64,000 nucleotides of DNA from Chloroflexota bacterium. GTDB lineage: Bacteria > Chloroflexota > Dehalococcoidia > Lucifugimonadales > UBA3495. The position numbers and the translations under genes are program-made. Within the stretch, counting starts at the first letter, position 1. Each line of letters opens with the position of its first letter. Location: the NCBI GenBank assembly GCA_027623675.1, contig JAQBVF010000007.1, forward strand, positions 56,272 through 120,271, read 5' to 3'. The notes under the pieces were generated by a model. That model did no database searches. It was not told where the DNA came from and worked only from the letters and a program-made list of their open reading frames with translations. Below are positions 19,227 to 29,434 of this stretch, one piece after another.

Positions 19227-19460
19227 CTAATCTAACCCGGTGTCCTTGGCGTTCTTTGGTTCTGATTCGACGCAGATCGGACAGAGCTGCCAGCAATTGA
19301 ACAGACTGGCGACGCCCGGATACCCGCGCAAGGCAACGGACAGAAGCGTCGACACTCCAAGTGCAATCAGGACGATTGGCCAGACAGAAACGTCCGCTAG
19401 CGCCGCTATCCCGACTGCTGTTAGTACAAGTCCCCAAATAATCATTTGGCGCACTCCCAC
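19227..19460 (-). CDS. Small membrane protein (hypothetical)
   Basis: Two hydrophobic segments; short ORF only. Confidence 0.4.
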   Translation of the reverse strand: MGVRQMIIWGLVLTAVGIAALADVSVWPIVLIALGVSTLLSVALRGYPGVASLFNCWQLCPICVESEPKNAKDTGLD

Positions 19461-19533
19461 ATCAGGCTTGTCAACCGTATTCTACCAGAAACGGCCTTCG
19501 CGCTTCCGAGGCATTCCCGCCATCGCTATACTA

Positions 19534-20445
19534 ATGAGCGGCAATAATTCGGTCCCAAGGAGTAGACCAGTGGACGGCCACCAAAACGGAGCCCCGCCCA
19601 GCGAGCATTGGGCTGAGATAGGTGAACTGCAGGTCCGGTACCTGGATTGGGGCGGTGACGGCGCGCCCCTGTTGGCCCTGCACGGCCTGGCATCCACGGC
19701 CCATTGGTACGACATCGTGGCTCCCCTGCTACGGGACCGCTACCGGACGATTGCCCCGGACCAACGGGGGCACGGCCAGACGACCGCGGCGCCCAGCGGC
19801 TACGATTGGCGGACGCTGTCTGACGACCTGGCCCGGCTGCTCGACCACGTTGGACTGGACAAGGTCTCGGTGATGGGCCATTCCTGGGGCGGCAACGTGG
19901 CGACCAACTTCGCCGCCAACCATCCCAGCCGGGTGGAGCGCCTGATCATGATTGACGGCGGGTTCTTGGACTGGACGCTGTTCCCCGACGCAACCTGGGA
20001 GTCTTTTTCCCACCGGGTGCGGCCCAGAGACGTGACCGGAAACCGGAACGAATTCCTAGATCGTCTGCGCAACCAGATGGGAGTGATTTGGAACAGTGAG
20101 ATAGAGCGCATCGTCCAGACGATGGTTTACGAAGATGACAAAGGCCAGATCCAGGATATCTTGCGTGCCGAGAACCATACGCAGGTGATCCGAGCCATGT
20201 GGGACGAACCGGCATCCACCACGCTGCCCAGGATTGAATGCCCCACTTTGGTGGTGCCTGCCGGTCCAACGCCCGAGCGCGCCGGCACTGATTTCGCTGA
20301 AGCGCGCCGCCGGATGGTCGAAGCCGCTGCATCAAGCCTCAAGAATGGCCGGGTATATTGGGTGCCGGAAACGATCCACGACATCGGCTACCACAAGCCC
20401 CAAGAATTGGCGCAGGTCATTGGCGACTTCTTATCGGAAGGGTAG
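19534..20445 (+). CDS. Alpha/beta fold hydrolase
   Basis: LHGL, DQRGHG, GHSWGG nucleophile motif. Confidence 0.9.
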   Translation: MSGNNSVPRSRPVDGHQNGAPPSEHWAEIGELQVRYLDWGGDGAPLLALHGLASTAHWYDIVAPLLRDRYRTIAPDQRGHGQTTAAPSGYDWRTLSDDLARLLDHVGLDKVSVMGHSWGGNVATNFAANHPSRVERLIMIDGGFLDWTLFPDATWESFSHRVRPRDVTGNRNEFLDRLRNQMGVIWNSEIERIVQTMVYEDDKGQIQDILRAENHTQVIRAMWDEPASTTLPRIECPTLVVPAGPTPERAGTDFAEARRRMVEAAASSLKNGRVYWVPETIHDIGYHKPQELAQVIGDFLSEG

Positions 20446-20446
20446 A

Positions 20447-20718
20447 GGGTTCATTCCAAAGGTTCATCATGAGCAACACGGTAGAGGGCGGATGCCGTCA
20501 TTTCAGGGGAAGTCGAAATGGCGGTCGTGCCGAGCAACCACACTCGCGAGTTGTCATTCTGATCCTTCCGCAGAAGGAGAAGAATCTCTTTGCTTGACTT
20601 CAAGGTTGCTATCGAACCGCGGGACCGGAGGTTGGCTGCCCATCAGGGACGTAATTCCTCTCTTCGTTCGGAATGATGAAGGCAGCGGCATCCACCCAGC
20701 AGACTCCGGAATGACTCA
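20447..20718. mobile_element. 272-bp MITE/REP-composite element, copy 2 (left end degenerate)
   Basis: Colinear with 8499..8770 (shared GAGAAGAATCTCTTTGCTTGACTTCAA, CCGCGGGACCGG and others); right end AGACTCCGGAATGACTCA. Confidence 0.75.
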
Positions 20719-20901
20719 GGTACTTTTGCCAGGCGAACAGGCCCCAGCCAAGCCCCTGGTTGTCGACCGCTTTAGCAGTCTCCATGGAGATATTGGTCAA
20801 CTCGGCATAGGGCTCCGCTTCCGCGCCGGCGTCTTTGGGTGTCCGGGCGGTCAGTGTGGCAGGGTCCAAGGATCGGCTTGGGTATGCCGTCAGACCAGTG
20901 A

Positions 20902-23900
20902 TTAAAAAGGAGGCTCGTCGGCAGCCGATTCCGCACCGACCGGCACGGATATCTTTGCTTCCTCTTCCATGCCCAACCCAGCCGGAGCCTCTGCCATTGC
21001 CGCTGGAGCTGCCTGGGGCGAATCTATGGATTCTGTAAGCCCGGGAGTATTTACCGGTTCCATTTCCGCTGAGACATCAGCCTGAATCGGCGCTTCTGCG
21101 GCAGATTTGTCGGGGGCCGGCGCTGCAGTAGCCTGTGGTGCGGGTTCAAGAGGCATGGTCACCGGGACTTCCTCCGGCGGCTCCATCCCCAAGCCCAACT
21201 CCTGATGGACCGTCACCGTATCGGGGCCCAACAGGTCTTCCAGGCGGGTTTGCAGAGCGTCACAATAGCCCGTGCTAACTACCGGCAGGTCCATACGGAC
21301 CCGTTTCTCTCCGGTGCGGATGTCCAGGTTCACCCGGTCGCGGCCAGGATATTCCAGCAATACTCCGATAACCTCCCGCAACAGGTAGGCGTCGTGGCTA
21401 GCATCGTCGGACTCGGTTACCGCAAGCCGCACCACCTTTTGGGGCGTGGCTGGAATGATATTGCCTGTGGTCATCTGCGCCTTCTTTTCACTTATGTTAG
21501 TTCTGTTGGAACCGTTTGAGCCCCCGGCATTGTTTATCCCGTTGCCGTTCTTCTGGCCATTACCGTTGTTGTAGCCGTTGCCGTTCTGGCCGTTCCCGTT
21601 CTTATAGCCGTTATAGGGTTTTCCCGCCGCCGGGGTTGCCAGCGGGTTCTCTGGGTCAAACTCAAGAGCGCCGTCGCAGGCGAGAGACATCTGGTCCCCG
21701 CGCAAACGCAGCCGGCCGGCCACCCGCACCAGGCGGCCATCCTCCCAGACATCCGAGGTACGGACCAGGGTGTCGGGCCAGACCATGACCTCCAAAAAAC
21801 CGCCCAGGACCTCAAGGTTCACGATGTAGAATCGCTTCCCTTCCTTGGTGCTGCGTTCCGTGATAGACGAGATATAGCCAACCATGTCGATCGACTGCCC
21901 GGACATCTCATCGGTCAACTGGTCCAGAGAGTTGAGGGCCCCGCCAGTGTCCATTGAACTCAGCGCGCTGAGCGGGTTGTGGGAAAGTGTCATGCCCAGC
22001 AATTCCCGCTCCCAGGCCGCTTTCTCCTGGTCGGAAACGTCGGGGGCGTTGAGAGTGATCCCGCTCATACCGCCGCTGGTGCTCACCTCTTCATTGCCGT
22101 CGAACATGCTGCTCTGGCCGGAATCGCGGGTGCGGGCCTCCCGTTGAGCGGTAGCGGCGATCTGGTCCAGGGCTCCCATCACCGCGCCCCTGCTGGCCAG
22201 ACTGTCGAATGTTCCGGCCTTGGCCATGCTCTCCAGGATGCGCCGGTTCAGCCCGGAAGCTCCGGCCCGGCGGCAGAAATCATCGATGGACCGGAACGGC
22301 CCGTTGGTCTTTCGTTCTTCGACCACCGGCCGGATAGCGCCCTCGCCCACCGTCTTTATCGCGGCCAAACCGATCCTCAGACCTGGACCGCTGAATGCGG
22401 TCCCGTCGCCAGATTGGGAATCGCCGGTTTGGGTGTCTATCGAGAAGAACTCCTCGGACCGGTTGATATCCGGCAGCAATATGGGGATATTCAACCGGAA
22501 GCACTCGTTCATGGATGTGAGGGTCTTCTCCGGGTTGTCCAGCCGCGAGTTGAGCACCGCCGCCATGTATTCGACCGGGTAATGCTGCTTGAAGTAGCCC
22601 GTCCAGTACGAGATCAGGGCGTAGCTGACGCTATGGGCCTTGTTGAAGGCGTATCCGGCGAACGGCTCAATGAGATCGAATATCTCGATCGCCACGTCTT
22701 CGCCGAAGCCCTTGGCGCTCGCGCCCGCCACGAAGTTGACCCGCTCTTCGGCCATCATCGAGGCGATCTTCTTGCCCATGGCTTTGCGCACGATGTCGGC
22801 CGACCCCAGGGTGTAACCGGCGAACTGCTGCAAAATCAACAAAACCTGGTCCTGGTAGACGATGACGCCGTAGGTCTCATCCAGCAGCTCTTTGAAGCTG
22901 GGATGCGGGTAGGAGATGGGCTTGCGGCCGTGCTTGGCATCGATGAACGTTTCGATGTTTTCCATGGGACCGGGGCGGTAAAGGGCGATCATGGCCGCGA
23001 TGTCGCCCAGGTTGGACGGCTTCAGCTCTCGGATATAACGCTGCATCCCCGCGCTTTCAAGCTGGAACAGGTCGGTGGTGTTCCCGGATGAAAGCAATTC
23101 GTAGGTGGGGGCATCGTCTAGAGGCAGTTTTTGCAGGTCTATCTGGACTCCCTGGTTCTTCTCCACCAGCTTGACGGCCCGGTCGAGGATGGTCAGGTTG
23201 GTCAGCCCCAGGAAGTCCATCTTCAGCAGGCCCAGGTGAGCCACCGGGTCCATCGAGTACTGAGTCATCAGCACCGGGCTGCTCTCGTCGCCCCGGGCGG
23301 GTCTTTGCAGAGGCACCGTCTCGGTCAGTGGCTCATCGGCGATCAATACGCCAGCGGCATGGGTGCTTACGTGGTGGACGATACCCTCCAGCCCTTGGGC
23401 ATTGATAACCAGCTTGGCGACGTCGGGTTCCTGCTCGTAGGCCGTCTTCAACTCAGCGCTAACGCGCAGGGCGTCGTCCAAGGTGCGGGCCTTCAGGGGG
23501 ACCATGCGGGCGATTCGGTCTACTTCGCTATAACCCATGCCCAACGCCCGGCCCACGTCCCGGAGCGCCGCCTTGGCGCCCAACGTGCCAAAGGTGATTA
23601 TCTGGGCCACGCGGTCATTGCCGTAGCGGTTGATCACGTAATGCAGGACTTCGTCGCGGCGGTCATCCTGGAAGTCCAGGTCGATATCCGGCATCTCTTT
23701 GCGTTCCATGTTGAGGAAACGCTCGAAAACCAGACGGTACTCCATGGGGTCGACTTCGGTGATGCCCAAGCAATACAGGGCCACGCTGGCGGCGGCGCTG
23801 CCGCGCACACCGTACATGATGTTGTTCTTACGGACGAAGTCGATGATGTCCCACACCACCAGGAAGTAGTTGGCGAATTGGGTGTGGCGTATGACGTCGA

Positions 23901-24864
23901 GCTCGTAGCTGAGCCGGTCCCGGTCTTCAGCCCTGGGATGTGGGTAGAGGCGCCGAAAGCCCTCTTCGCACAACTGGGCCAGGTACTCGTCGGCGTCCAT
24001 GCCGTTGGGCGTTGGGTATTTGGGCAGGTGGGTCTGGCCGAAGTCCAACTCCACGTTGCACATATCGGCCACGAGCTGAGTGTTTTCCAGGGCCGGTATA
24101 AAATCGGGGAAGAGTTGGGCCATCTCCCCCGGACTCTTGATGTAGTAGGAGTTATCCTCCATTCGGAGGCGTTTCTCGTCGTGGATCGTGGTGCTTGTCT
24201 GGATGCAGATGTAGATGTCCTGCAACGGGGAGTCGGCCTGATTGACGTAATGGGCGTCGTTGGTGACGATCAGCGGCAGGTCCAGCTTCTTGCCCATGGT
24301 GATCAGTCCCTCGTTGATCCGGGGCAATTGGGGGACGTGCTCGTGGCGCTGGATCTCCAGGAAGTAGCCGTCTCCGAAGCGCTCTTTGTACCAACCGGCA
24401 GCCTTGGCGGCAGCTTCGTCGTTGCCGTCGGCGATCAGGCGCGGGACCTCGGCCGATGGGCAGGCGGAGAGGACGGCCAAGCCCTGGCCAAATTCCTCGA
24501 GAAGACCCTTGTCGATACGGGGGCGGTAGTGGAATCCGTCAACGTGGGCCTTGGTGACCAACTGCATCAGGTTGCGGTAGCCGGTGTTGTCCCGGGCCAG
24601 CAGGACCAGATGGTTGGGGCTGCGCTCTGAGGGGTCTTTGTCGAAGCGGCTGTTGTGGGCAACGTATACTTCACAGCCGATGATCGGCTTGATGCCCACG
24701 TCTTTACACGCCGAGTAGAAGTCGACCACGCCGTAAAAAGTGCCATGATCGGTGATGGCCAGGGCATCCATCCCCAGTTCCTTGGTGCGCGCCACCAGGT
24801 TGGGAATCCGGCTGATGCCGTCCAGCATGCTGTATTCGGTGTGAACGTGAAGGTGCGTGAACAC
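20902..24864 (-). CDS. dnaE: DNA polymerase III alpha subunit
   Basis: FTHLHVHTEYSMLDG PHP domain, GSAA, PDIDLDF, YAFNKAH; likely GTG start at 24864. Confidence 0.97.
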   Translation of the reverse strand: MFTHLHVHTEYSMLDGISRIPNLVARTKELGMDALAITDHGTFYGVVDFYSACKDVGIKPIIGCEVYVAHNSRFDKDPSERSPNHLVLLARDNTGYRNLMQLVTKAHVDGFHYRPRIDKGLLEEFGQGLAVLSACPSAEVPRLIADGNDEAAAKAAGWYKERFGDGYFLEIQRHEHVPQLPRINEGLITMGKKLDLPLIVTNDAHYVNQADSPLQDIYICIQTSTTIHDEKRLRMEDNSYYIKSPGEMAQLFPDFIPALENTQLVADMCNVELDFGQTHLPKYPTPNGMDADEYLAQLCEEGFRRLYPHPRAEDRDRLSYELDVIRHTQFANYFLVVWDIIDFVRKNNIMYGVRGSAAASVALYCLGITEVDPMEYRLVFERFLNMERKEMPDIDLDFQDDRRDEVLHYVINRYGNDRVAQIITFGTLGAKAALRDVGRALGMGYSEVDRIARMVPLKARTLDDALRVSAELKTAYEQEPDVAKLVINAQGLEGIVHHVSTHAAGVLIADEPLTETVPLQRPARGDESSPVLMTQYSMDPVAHLGLLKMDFLGLTNLTILDRAVKLVEKNQGVQIDLQKLPLDDAPTYELLSSGNTTDLFQLESAGMQRYIRELKPSNLGDIAAMIALYRPGPMENIETFIDAKHGRKPISYPHPSFKELLDETYGVIVYQDQVLLILQQFAGYTLGSADIVRKAMGKKIASMMAEERVNFVAGASAKGFGEDVAIEIFDLIEPFAGYAFNKAHSVSYALISYWTGYFKQHYPVEYMAAVLNSRLDNPEKTLTSMNECFRLNIPILLPDINRSEEFFSIDTQTGDSQSGDGTAFSGPGLRIGLAAIKTVGEGAIRPVVEERKTNGPFRSIDDFCRRAGASGLNRRILESMAKAGTFDSLASRGAVMGALDQIAATAQREARTRDSGQSSMFDGNEEVSTSGGMSGITLNAPDVSDQEKAAWERELLGMTLSHNPLSALSSMDTGGALNSLDQLTDEMSGQSIDMVGYISSITERSTKEGKRFYIVNLEVLGGFLEVMVWPDTLVRTSDVWEDGRLVRVAGRLRLRGDQMSLACDGALEFDPENPLATPAAGKPYNGYKNGNGQNGNGYNNGNGQKNGNGINNAGGSNGSNRTNISEKKAQMTTGNIIPATPQKVVRLAVTESDDASHDAYLLREVIGVLLEYPGRDRVNLDIRTGEKRVRMDLPVVSTGYCDALQTRLEDLLGPDTVTVHQELGLGMEPPEEVPVTMPLEPAPQATAAPAPDKSAAEAPIQADVSAEMEPVNTPGLTESIDSPQAAPAAMAEAPAGLGMEEEAKISVPVGAESAADEPPF

Positions 24865-25201
24865 TGATCCCCTCGGCCTCCCCACAAGATGCGCCGGTCC
24901 GGTGCTCATCACACTCCGGTGCGCATAACGCCAAGACAGGGCAACAGATCCAGCCGTTCCCCGTTCCGTGGCATTGGCTATTATAACCCCTGTTCATCGG
25001 GAACGAGCCGCCGAATCCGCAGTTTATCCCCAGATTTCCGGTTGACTTATCGACTCCCTGCGACGCCCCTGTGTTTGGTGAAACCAGGTTTGTGCCCAGA
25101 CCGCAAGTTCCCACAAAAAGCTATCGGCCGACCCCTACCAATGTGGAGGGACCGGCCGATAGAGCCATCTATAAGTTCCAGAGTGCGGTTGTGGTCGCCG
25201 C

Positions 25202-25525
25202 TTAGGCCACAGACTCCATGCCGGCGTCGTCATCACCGGGGGCCGCGCCATCGTCTTCCCCATCATTGCCCGCTATCTCATCGTCATCCGAGGTCGACTC
25301 GGCGGTGGCGGAAGCCCCACTGGCCTTGCTGGCGCGGCTGTCGCCCCAAGTTGCGGACTCGACGTAGTTCTTGAATTCGCGCGTCTCGCCGCAGACCTGA
25401 CATGAGCCGTTGCTGACCGGACCGTCGGCGGGTTGGATAACCCAGTGGTGCCGGCACACGGCGACGGCCGCAGCGTCGGTGGTTTGTTCTTCAGTTTTGG
25501 GTGCTAGGGTGGTTTGTTGAGCCAT
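25202..25525 (-). CDS. Small putative zinc-binding protein with an acidic tail
   Basis: CRHHWVIQPADGPVSNGSCQVCGETREFKN; strong upstream promoter. Confidence 0.75.
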   Translation of the reverse strand: MAQQTTLAPKTEEQTTDAAAVAVCRHHWVIQPADGPVSNGSCQVCGETREFKNYVESATWGDSRASKASGASATAESTSDDDEIAGNDGEDDGAAPGDDDAGMESVA

Positions 25526-25556
25526 AATTATTTCGCCTCAAATTGATGTTATCTAT

Positions 25557-25584
25557 ATTATACCCAAGTGGCCGATTTCGTCAA
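25557..25584 (-). promoter_or_regulatory. Near-consensus sigma70 promoter with AT-rich upstream region
   Basis: TTGACG-16 bp-TATAAT on the minus strand. Confidence 0.7.
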
Positions 25585-26184
25585 TGTTGTTTTGTTTCGT
25601 TACTGTATTTGTTGCGTGAGATAATCGTGTTACTTAATAAAATAAAGATATTTTTACTGAATTCGTTAATTCTTGAGGTGTTCCACGCCCTTCGGCGTTG
25701 GGTTTGTTCCCCTATGATTGTTCTTACGTGTATCAACCGCATTCGGACTTACGAATCGTCCTTTGGCATGGAGGCCGGGTCCGGGGTGGTCACGATCGTT
25801 TCAGCTTCCGATAACCATTCTGATCACTATGATGCGGGCGTCGCGATTCCGGTCCGGGGCACCGATCTGAATGCCGCTGCCACCAGATCAAGCGAGCGAG
25901 GCAACCAAGACTACAACCAGGGCTTGATGAATGGAGAAGTCCAAAATGCGGCTGAATCAATTCTCTGACAGGGCACAATCAGGGTCAAGCCGACGTTGTC
26001 ATGCCAATTTACTGGATTCCATGAACGTCATTCGTCACCATATGCGGTCCGAATTGGCGTCAAACAGGAGGTCTTCGACCGGGGAGTGTCAGACGATGGG
26101 GAATTAAACCGAGGATGTGCGGCTATTTAAGATCGTGATGAAGACCGGGCCGCGCCAGTCTGGAGACTGGCGCGGCAGAGGGCG

Positions 26185-27243
26185 TTAAGCGTGTTTGACG
26201 ATCTCTTCCGTGGCCATCCGAGTGACGCCCCACCCGGCCAACCAAGCAGAATGACGGCCATCGCCTCCGGCAACAATGGGCACGATGTCGCTTGAAGAGC
26301 GCACGATGGGCACCAGGGTCTCGGGGTTGGTCTCATCCACCCAACTGGGCCAGTTGCGGTTTCCATAGTGCGCTCGTCCCACCAACACCTTCATCGGCAT
26401 TCGTGCGTTCTGGTAGACGTATTCCTGGATATCGGACTTGGACAGTCCTGAGGCGGCAATCTCTTCGGCATGCTCTGGGCAGATGACCAACACGATCTGG
26501 GCGCCGGTACCTATCTGGTAGTAATTCGAGATTCCAGTTGCCTTCATATTGCCAACGATCGTCTGCAATACCTCCAGTCCGGTGGACACGGTTGTCTCCA
26601 TGATGGTGTATACGCCCCGAACCGCCACCACGGTCACCGTGCTGGAGCCTGCGGGATAACCAAGCTGGATGTTTCTGGCCTCCCAGGGACTGCGCTCCTC
26701 GTTCTCGGCGAAGCAGAAGCTGTAGCGTCCGGGCGTGGCCAGCGTGGCCTTGTCCATGACCCCGGGTATCAGCCCACCCACATTGCGGATGACCAACCGC
26801 AGCGCCCTGCCGATGGCTGCATTCGCCCTGGAGCCCGGCCCGAAGCAGGCGGCATCACCGTTTATGCCCAGCTCCTTGGCTATGGGGCCGTTGACGATCA
26901 CCACCTGGGCTGCTCCACCGGTGGTTGCGGCGTTACCCCCCAAGTTGAAGTCCTTGTCCAGGGCCGCTTTCACCGCAGCGACCACCACTGGGAAATACTC
27001 CGGCTTACAACCGGCCATGACCGAGTTGATCGCTATCTTCTCCAGCGTCGCCTGGGAGTTCCGAGGCTGCATCGTGCCCAGGGAGAACGACGGGGCTCCG
27101 CCGTACCCGGCCAGCATCGCGCGCACTAGCGGTTCCGTGGGCGGCACCACCGGCAACCCGTCCGTCCATCCCTGGTCCCAGCAGTAGTCCTGGATGTCCT
27201 GGAAGGAATCGGATACCTCTACGCGCCTAGCATTTAGAGTCAC
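26185..27243 (-). CDS. Conserved hypothetical protein, UGSC-selenoprotein partner (copy 2)
   Basis: GWTDGLPVVPPT, TLEKIAINSVMAGCKPEY, RANAAIGRALRL; paralog of 875..1927. Confidence 0.85.
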   Translation of the reverse strand: MTLNARRVEVSDSFQDIQDYCWDQGWTDGLPVVPPTEPLVRAMLAGYGGAPSFSLGTMQPRNSQATLEKIAINSVMAGCKPEYFPVVVAAVKAALDKDFNLGGNAATTGGAAQVVIVNGPIAKELGINGDAACFGPGSRANAAIGRALRLVIRNVGGLIPGVMDKATLATPGRYSFCFAENEERSPWEARNIQLGYPAGSSTVTVVAVRGVYTIMETTVSTGLEVLQTIVGNMKATGISNYYQIGTGAQIVLVICPEHAEEIAASGLSKSDIQEYVYQNARMPMKVLVGRAHYGNRNWPSWVDETNPETLVPIVRSSSDIVPIVAGGDGRHSAWLAGWGVTRMATEEIVKHA

Positions 27244-27352
27244 GGGCTTGACCTCGTCAGTTGATTTCGGGGATGCAAGTTCAGGTGAAGATTCTCCGGC
27301 GGAACGGCCGGCAAGTCAAGACGGCCGCGCCGTTTAGATCAGACCGGCAAAT

Positions 27353-27383
27353 CAAAAGAGGGGCCGGTCTGGCCCCTCTTTTG
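27353..27383 (-). terminator. Terminator-like hairpin between UGSC-2 and its partner gene
   Basis: CAAAAGAGGGGCC..GGCCCCTCTTTTG. Confidence 0.7.
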
Positions 27384-27413
27384 TTCTCGTATCGGGTATG
27401 CCTAGGGAGAGCG

Positions 27414-27956
27414 TTACTTCCCCGTGAGCAGTCCTACGATCTCCGGTGCGAAATCGCGGGCCATCTGCTGGACCTCGGGGATGGTCCTGGGAGCCAGCGG
27501 ACTGGGCAGCACCACGATGCGGGCGCCCGGCATGCCCAGAGCAGTCGCCCTGGCGTGGGCTGCCCTGGTAAAGGTGCTGGTTATCACGCTGACGGAAGGC
27601 TTTCCCTTGGATTCTGTGATCACTGTGTCGTGGAGACCCCACGCTGTGCAGGACCCTCAATCCGCGATGGCGTGTATCACCACATCGCATTCGTCGACCA
27701 GCGACTGAATCGTGTCGTCGGCACAGGGGGCGCTGTAGGTGAACTTGGTGGCGTAGACCACTTTTGCGGCGCCGTAGTCCTTGAGTAGCACCTCTTTCAG
27801 CTCGCCCAAGAAGGCGTCGGCGTGGTACTTGCGGTTCTCCAGCAGACCCACCACTTTGCCCTGCAGATCGGGCAGTGCGTCGCTCAGGCCCAACTCCTCG
27901 GGAACATCCTCCGCGGTGGGATCCAGTATCTCAATCATTCGTGTTGCTTGCGCCAT
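27414..27956 (-). CDS. UGSC-motif selenoprotein (copy 2), 180 aa, Sec at TGA 27657-27659
   Basis: In-frame ORFs 27657..27956 and 27414..27623 read HAIAD-U-GSCTAWGLHD; homologous to copy 1 on both sides of the TGA. Confidence 0.85.
27629..27643 (-). promoter_or_regulatory. Putative bacterial SECIS element
   Basis: CGUGG-GGUCU-CCACG hairpin 13 nt after the UGA. Confidence 0.7.
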
Positions 27957-28024
27957 GGTCTCCCCCTGATAGATGTTTGCTCGGAAGTTTGCTTGGAGTT
28001 TGCTACCACCGCTCTAATGGGCAG

Positions 28025-29161
28025 CTAGCCGCCCATCTGGAAGAATTTGCCCTCTGTTTTGATGGAAGGGGCGATGACCATCTCGGCTTTGTGCAGGTCC
28101 CGGATGGTGTAGGCGCCGCACATGCCCATGGCAACCCTAAGGGCGCCGATGAAGTTTTGCGTGCCGTCGGTGCGGGAGGTAGGACCGTACAATATCTGTT
28201 TCAGCGTGCCCTTGGTCCCAACGGAGATGCGGGTGCCTCTGGGCAGTTCGGGGTGAGGGTTGGCCATGCCCCAGTTGTAGCCGTGGCCGGGGGCCTCTTC
28301 CGCCTGGGCGAAGGGTGTTCCCAGCATCACGCCGTCCGCGCCGCTGACCATGGCTTTGCAGATATCACCGCCGGTCCGGAAACCGCCGTCGGTTATGACA
28401 CTGACGTAGCGGCCGGTGCGCCTGAAGTAATCTTCCCTGGCCGCCGCGCATTGGAGCGTCGCGGTTACCTGGGGAACGCCAACTCCCACCACCTCGCGGG
28501 TGGTGCAGGCGGCACCGGGACCAACGCCGACCAATAATCCGTCGATGCCGGTTTCCATCAGTTCCGAAGCCACTTCATAGGTGACGCAGTTGCCAACGAC
28601 AACCGGCACTTTCAGAGCCTCGATAAGCTCCGAGAAGACCAGTCCGCGGTAGCTGTTGGACATGTGCCGGGCGGTGGTGACGGTGGACTGGACAACCACC
28701 ATGTCGGCCCCGGCCTCAACGGCGGCGGGTGACATGCGTTTGGTGTTCTGGGGGGTGAAAGAAACGGCGCACGTGGCGCCGGTGCTCTTGATCTCGCGGA
28801 CCCGCTTGCCGATCAGCTCGTCGCGGATGGGTTCAGAGTATACCTTTTGAAGGAATTCGGTGACTGATTCCTGGGGGCAGGAGATTATCTCTTCAAGGAC
28901 TGCATAGGGGTCGTCGTATCTGGTATATAGGCCCTCGGCGTTCAGGACGCCCAGACCGCCCATCTCATGCATGTACGAAGCGAATCCCGGCGACACAGTC
29001 CCGTCCATCGCCGAAGCCATGACGGGAATCTCAAACTCCAAGTCGCCGATGGTCATCTTGGTGGAGGTCAATTCGGGGTTGATCGTGACTTGCCCAGGCA
29101 CGATTGCCACTTCATCGAAGCCGTACGAGCGTTCTAGTTCTTTAAAGAGCCTTCTCCCCAT
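28025..29161 (-). CDS. guaB3: GuaB3-family IMP dehydrogenase-related protein
   Basis: [27 protein letters not shown]; no CBS domains. Confidence 0.9.
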   Translation of the reverse strand: MGRRLFKELERSYGFDEVAIVPGQVTINPELTSTKMTIGDLEFEIPVMASAMDGTVSPGFASYMHEMGGLGVLNAEGLYTRYDDPYAVLEEIISCPQESVTEFLQKVYSEPIRDELIGKRVREIKSTGATCAVSFTPQNTKRMSPAAVEAGADMVVVQSTVTTARHMSNSYRGLVFSELIEALKVPVVVGNCVTYEVASELMETGIDGLLVGVGPGAACTTREVVGVGVPQVTATLQCAAAREDYFRRTGRYVSVITDGGFRTGGDICKAMVSGADGVMLGTPFAQAEEAPGHGYNWGMANPHPELPRGTRISVGTKGTLKQILYGPTSRTDGTQNFIGALRVAMGMCGAYTIRDLHKAEMVIAPSIKTEGKFFQMGG

Positions 29162-29400
29162 CCCTGCGCACCTCTTCCATAACCGATTCTTTAAGCGATT
29201 TAATCAGTTAATCCGGCCAAAAGTCAACCAAGAAGCAAGGCTGGAGCACCCTGGTAAGATTCTGGCGGATACCGATGCTGAGATCCCCGCCTGGATTCCA
29301 GAGTGAACTCCCGGATAAACCCTCGGTCGTGCCCTGCGGCTGAAACCCGAATGAGAACCGGACGGAGGACCTTTGACCTAGCTTTAATGAAGCGATACGA

Positions 29401-29434
29401 GCATCCGGGCAGGCATCCGGGCAGGCATCCGGGC
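29401..29434. repeat. 12-bp tandem repeat GCATCCGGGCAG x~2.8
   Basis: Read directly. Confidence 0.9.

Noticed and set aside
21979..24630. Long plus-strand ORFs (370 and 499 aa) opposite dnaE, and similar antisense ORFs elsewhere (e.g. 51272..52516)
   Set aside because: Shadow ORFs produced by high-GC codon bias; no recognisable motifs
20902..24864. Intein in DnaE
   Set aside because: No C/S..HN intein termini or LAGLIDADG motifs; the extra length is explained by low-complexity linker and tail
24930..25200. DnaA-box cluster / oriC upstream of dnaE
   Set aside because: Only one near-match (TTATCCCCA, 25024..25032); others have 2-3 mismatches, and there is no dnaA or unwinding element
25543..25968. 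141-aa plus-strand ORF
   Set aside because: Overlaps an AT-rich promoter region, has atypical composition and no RBS or motif
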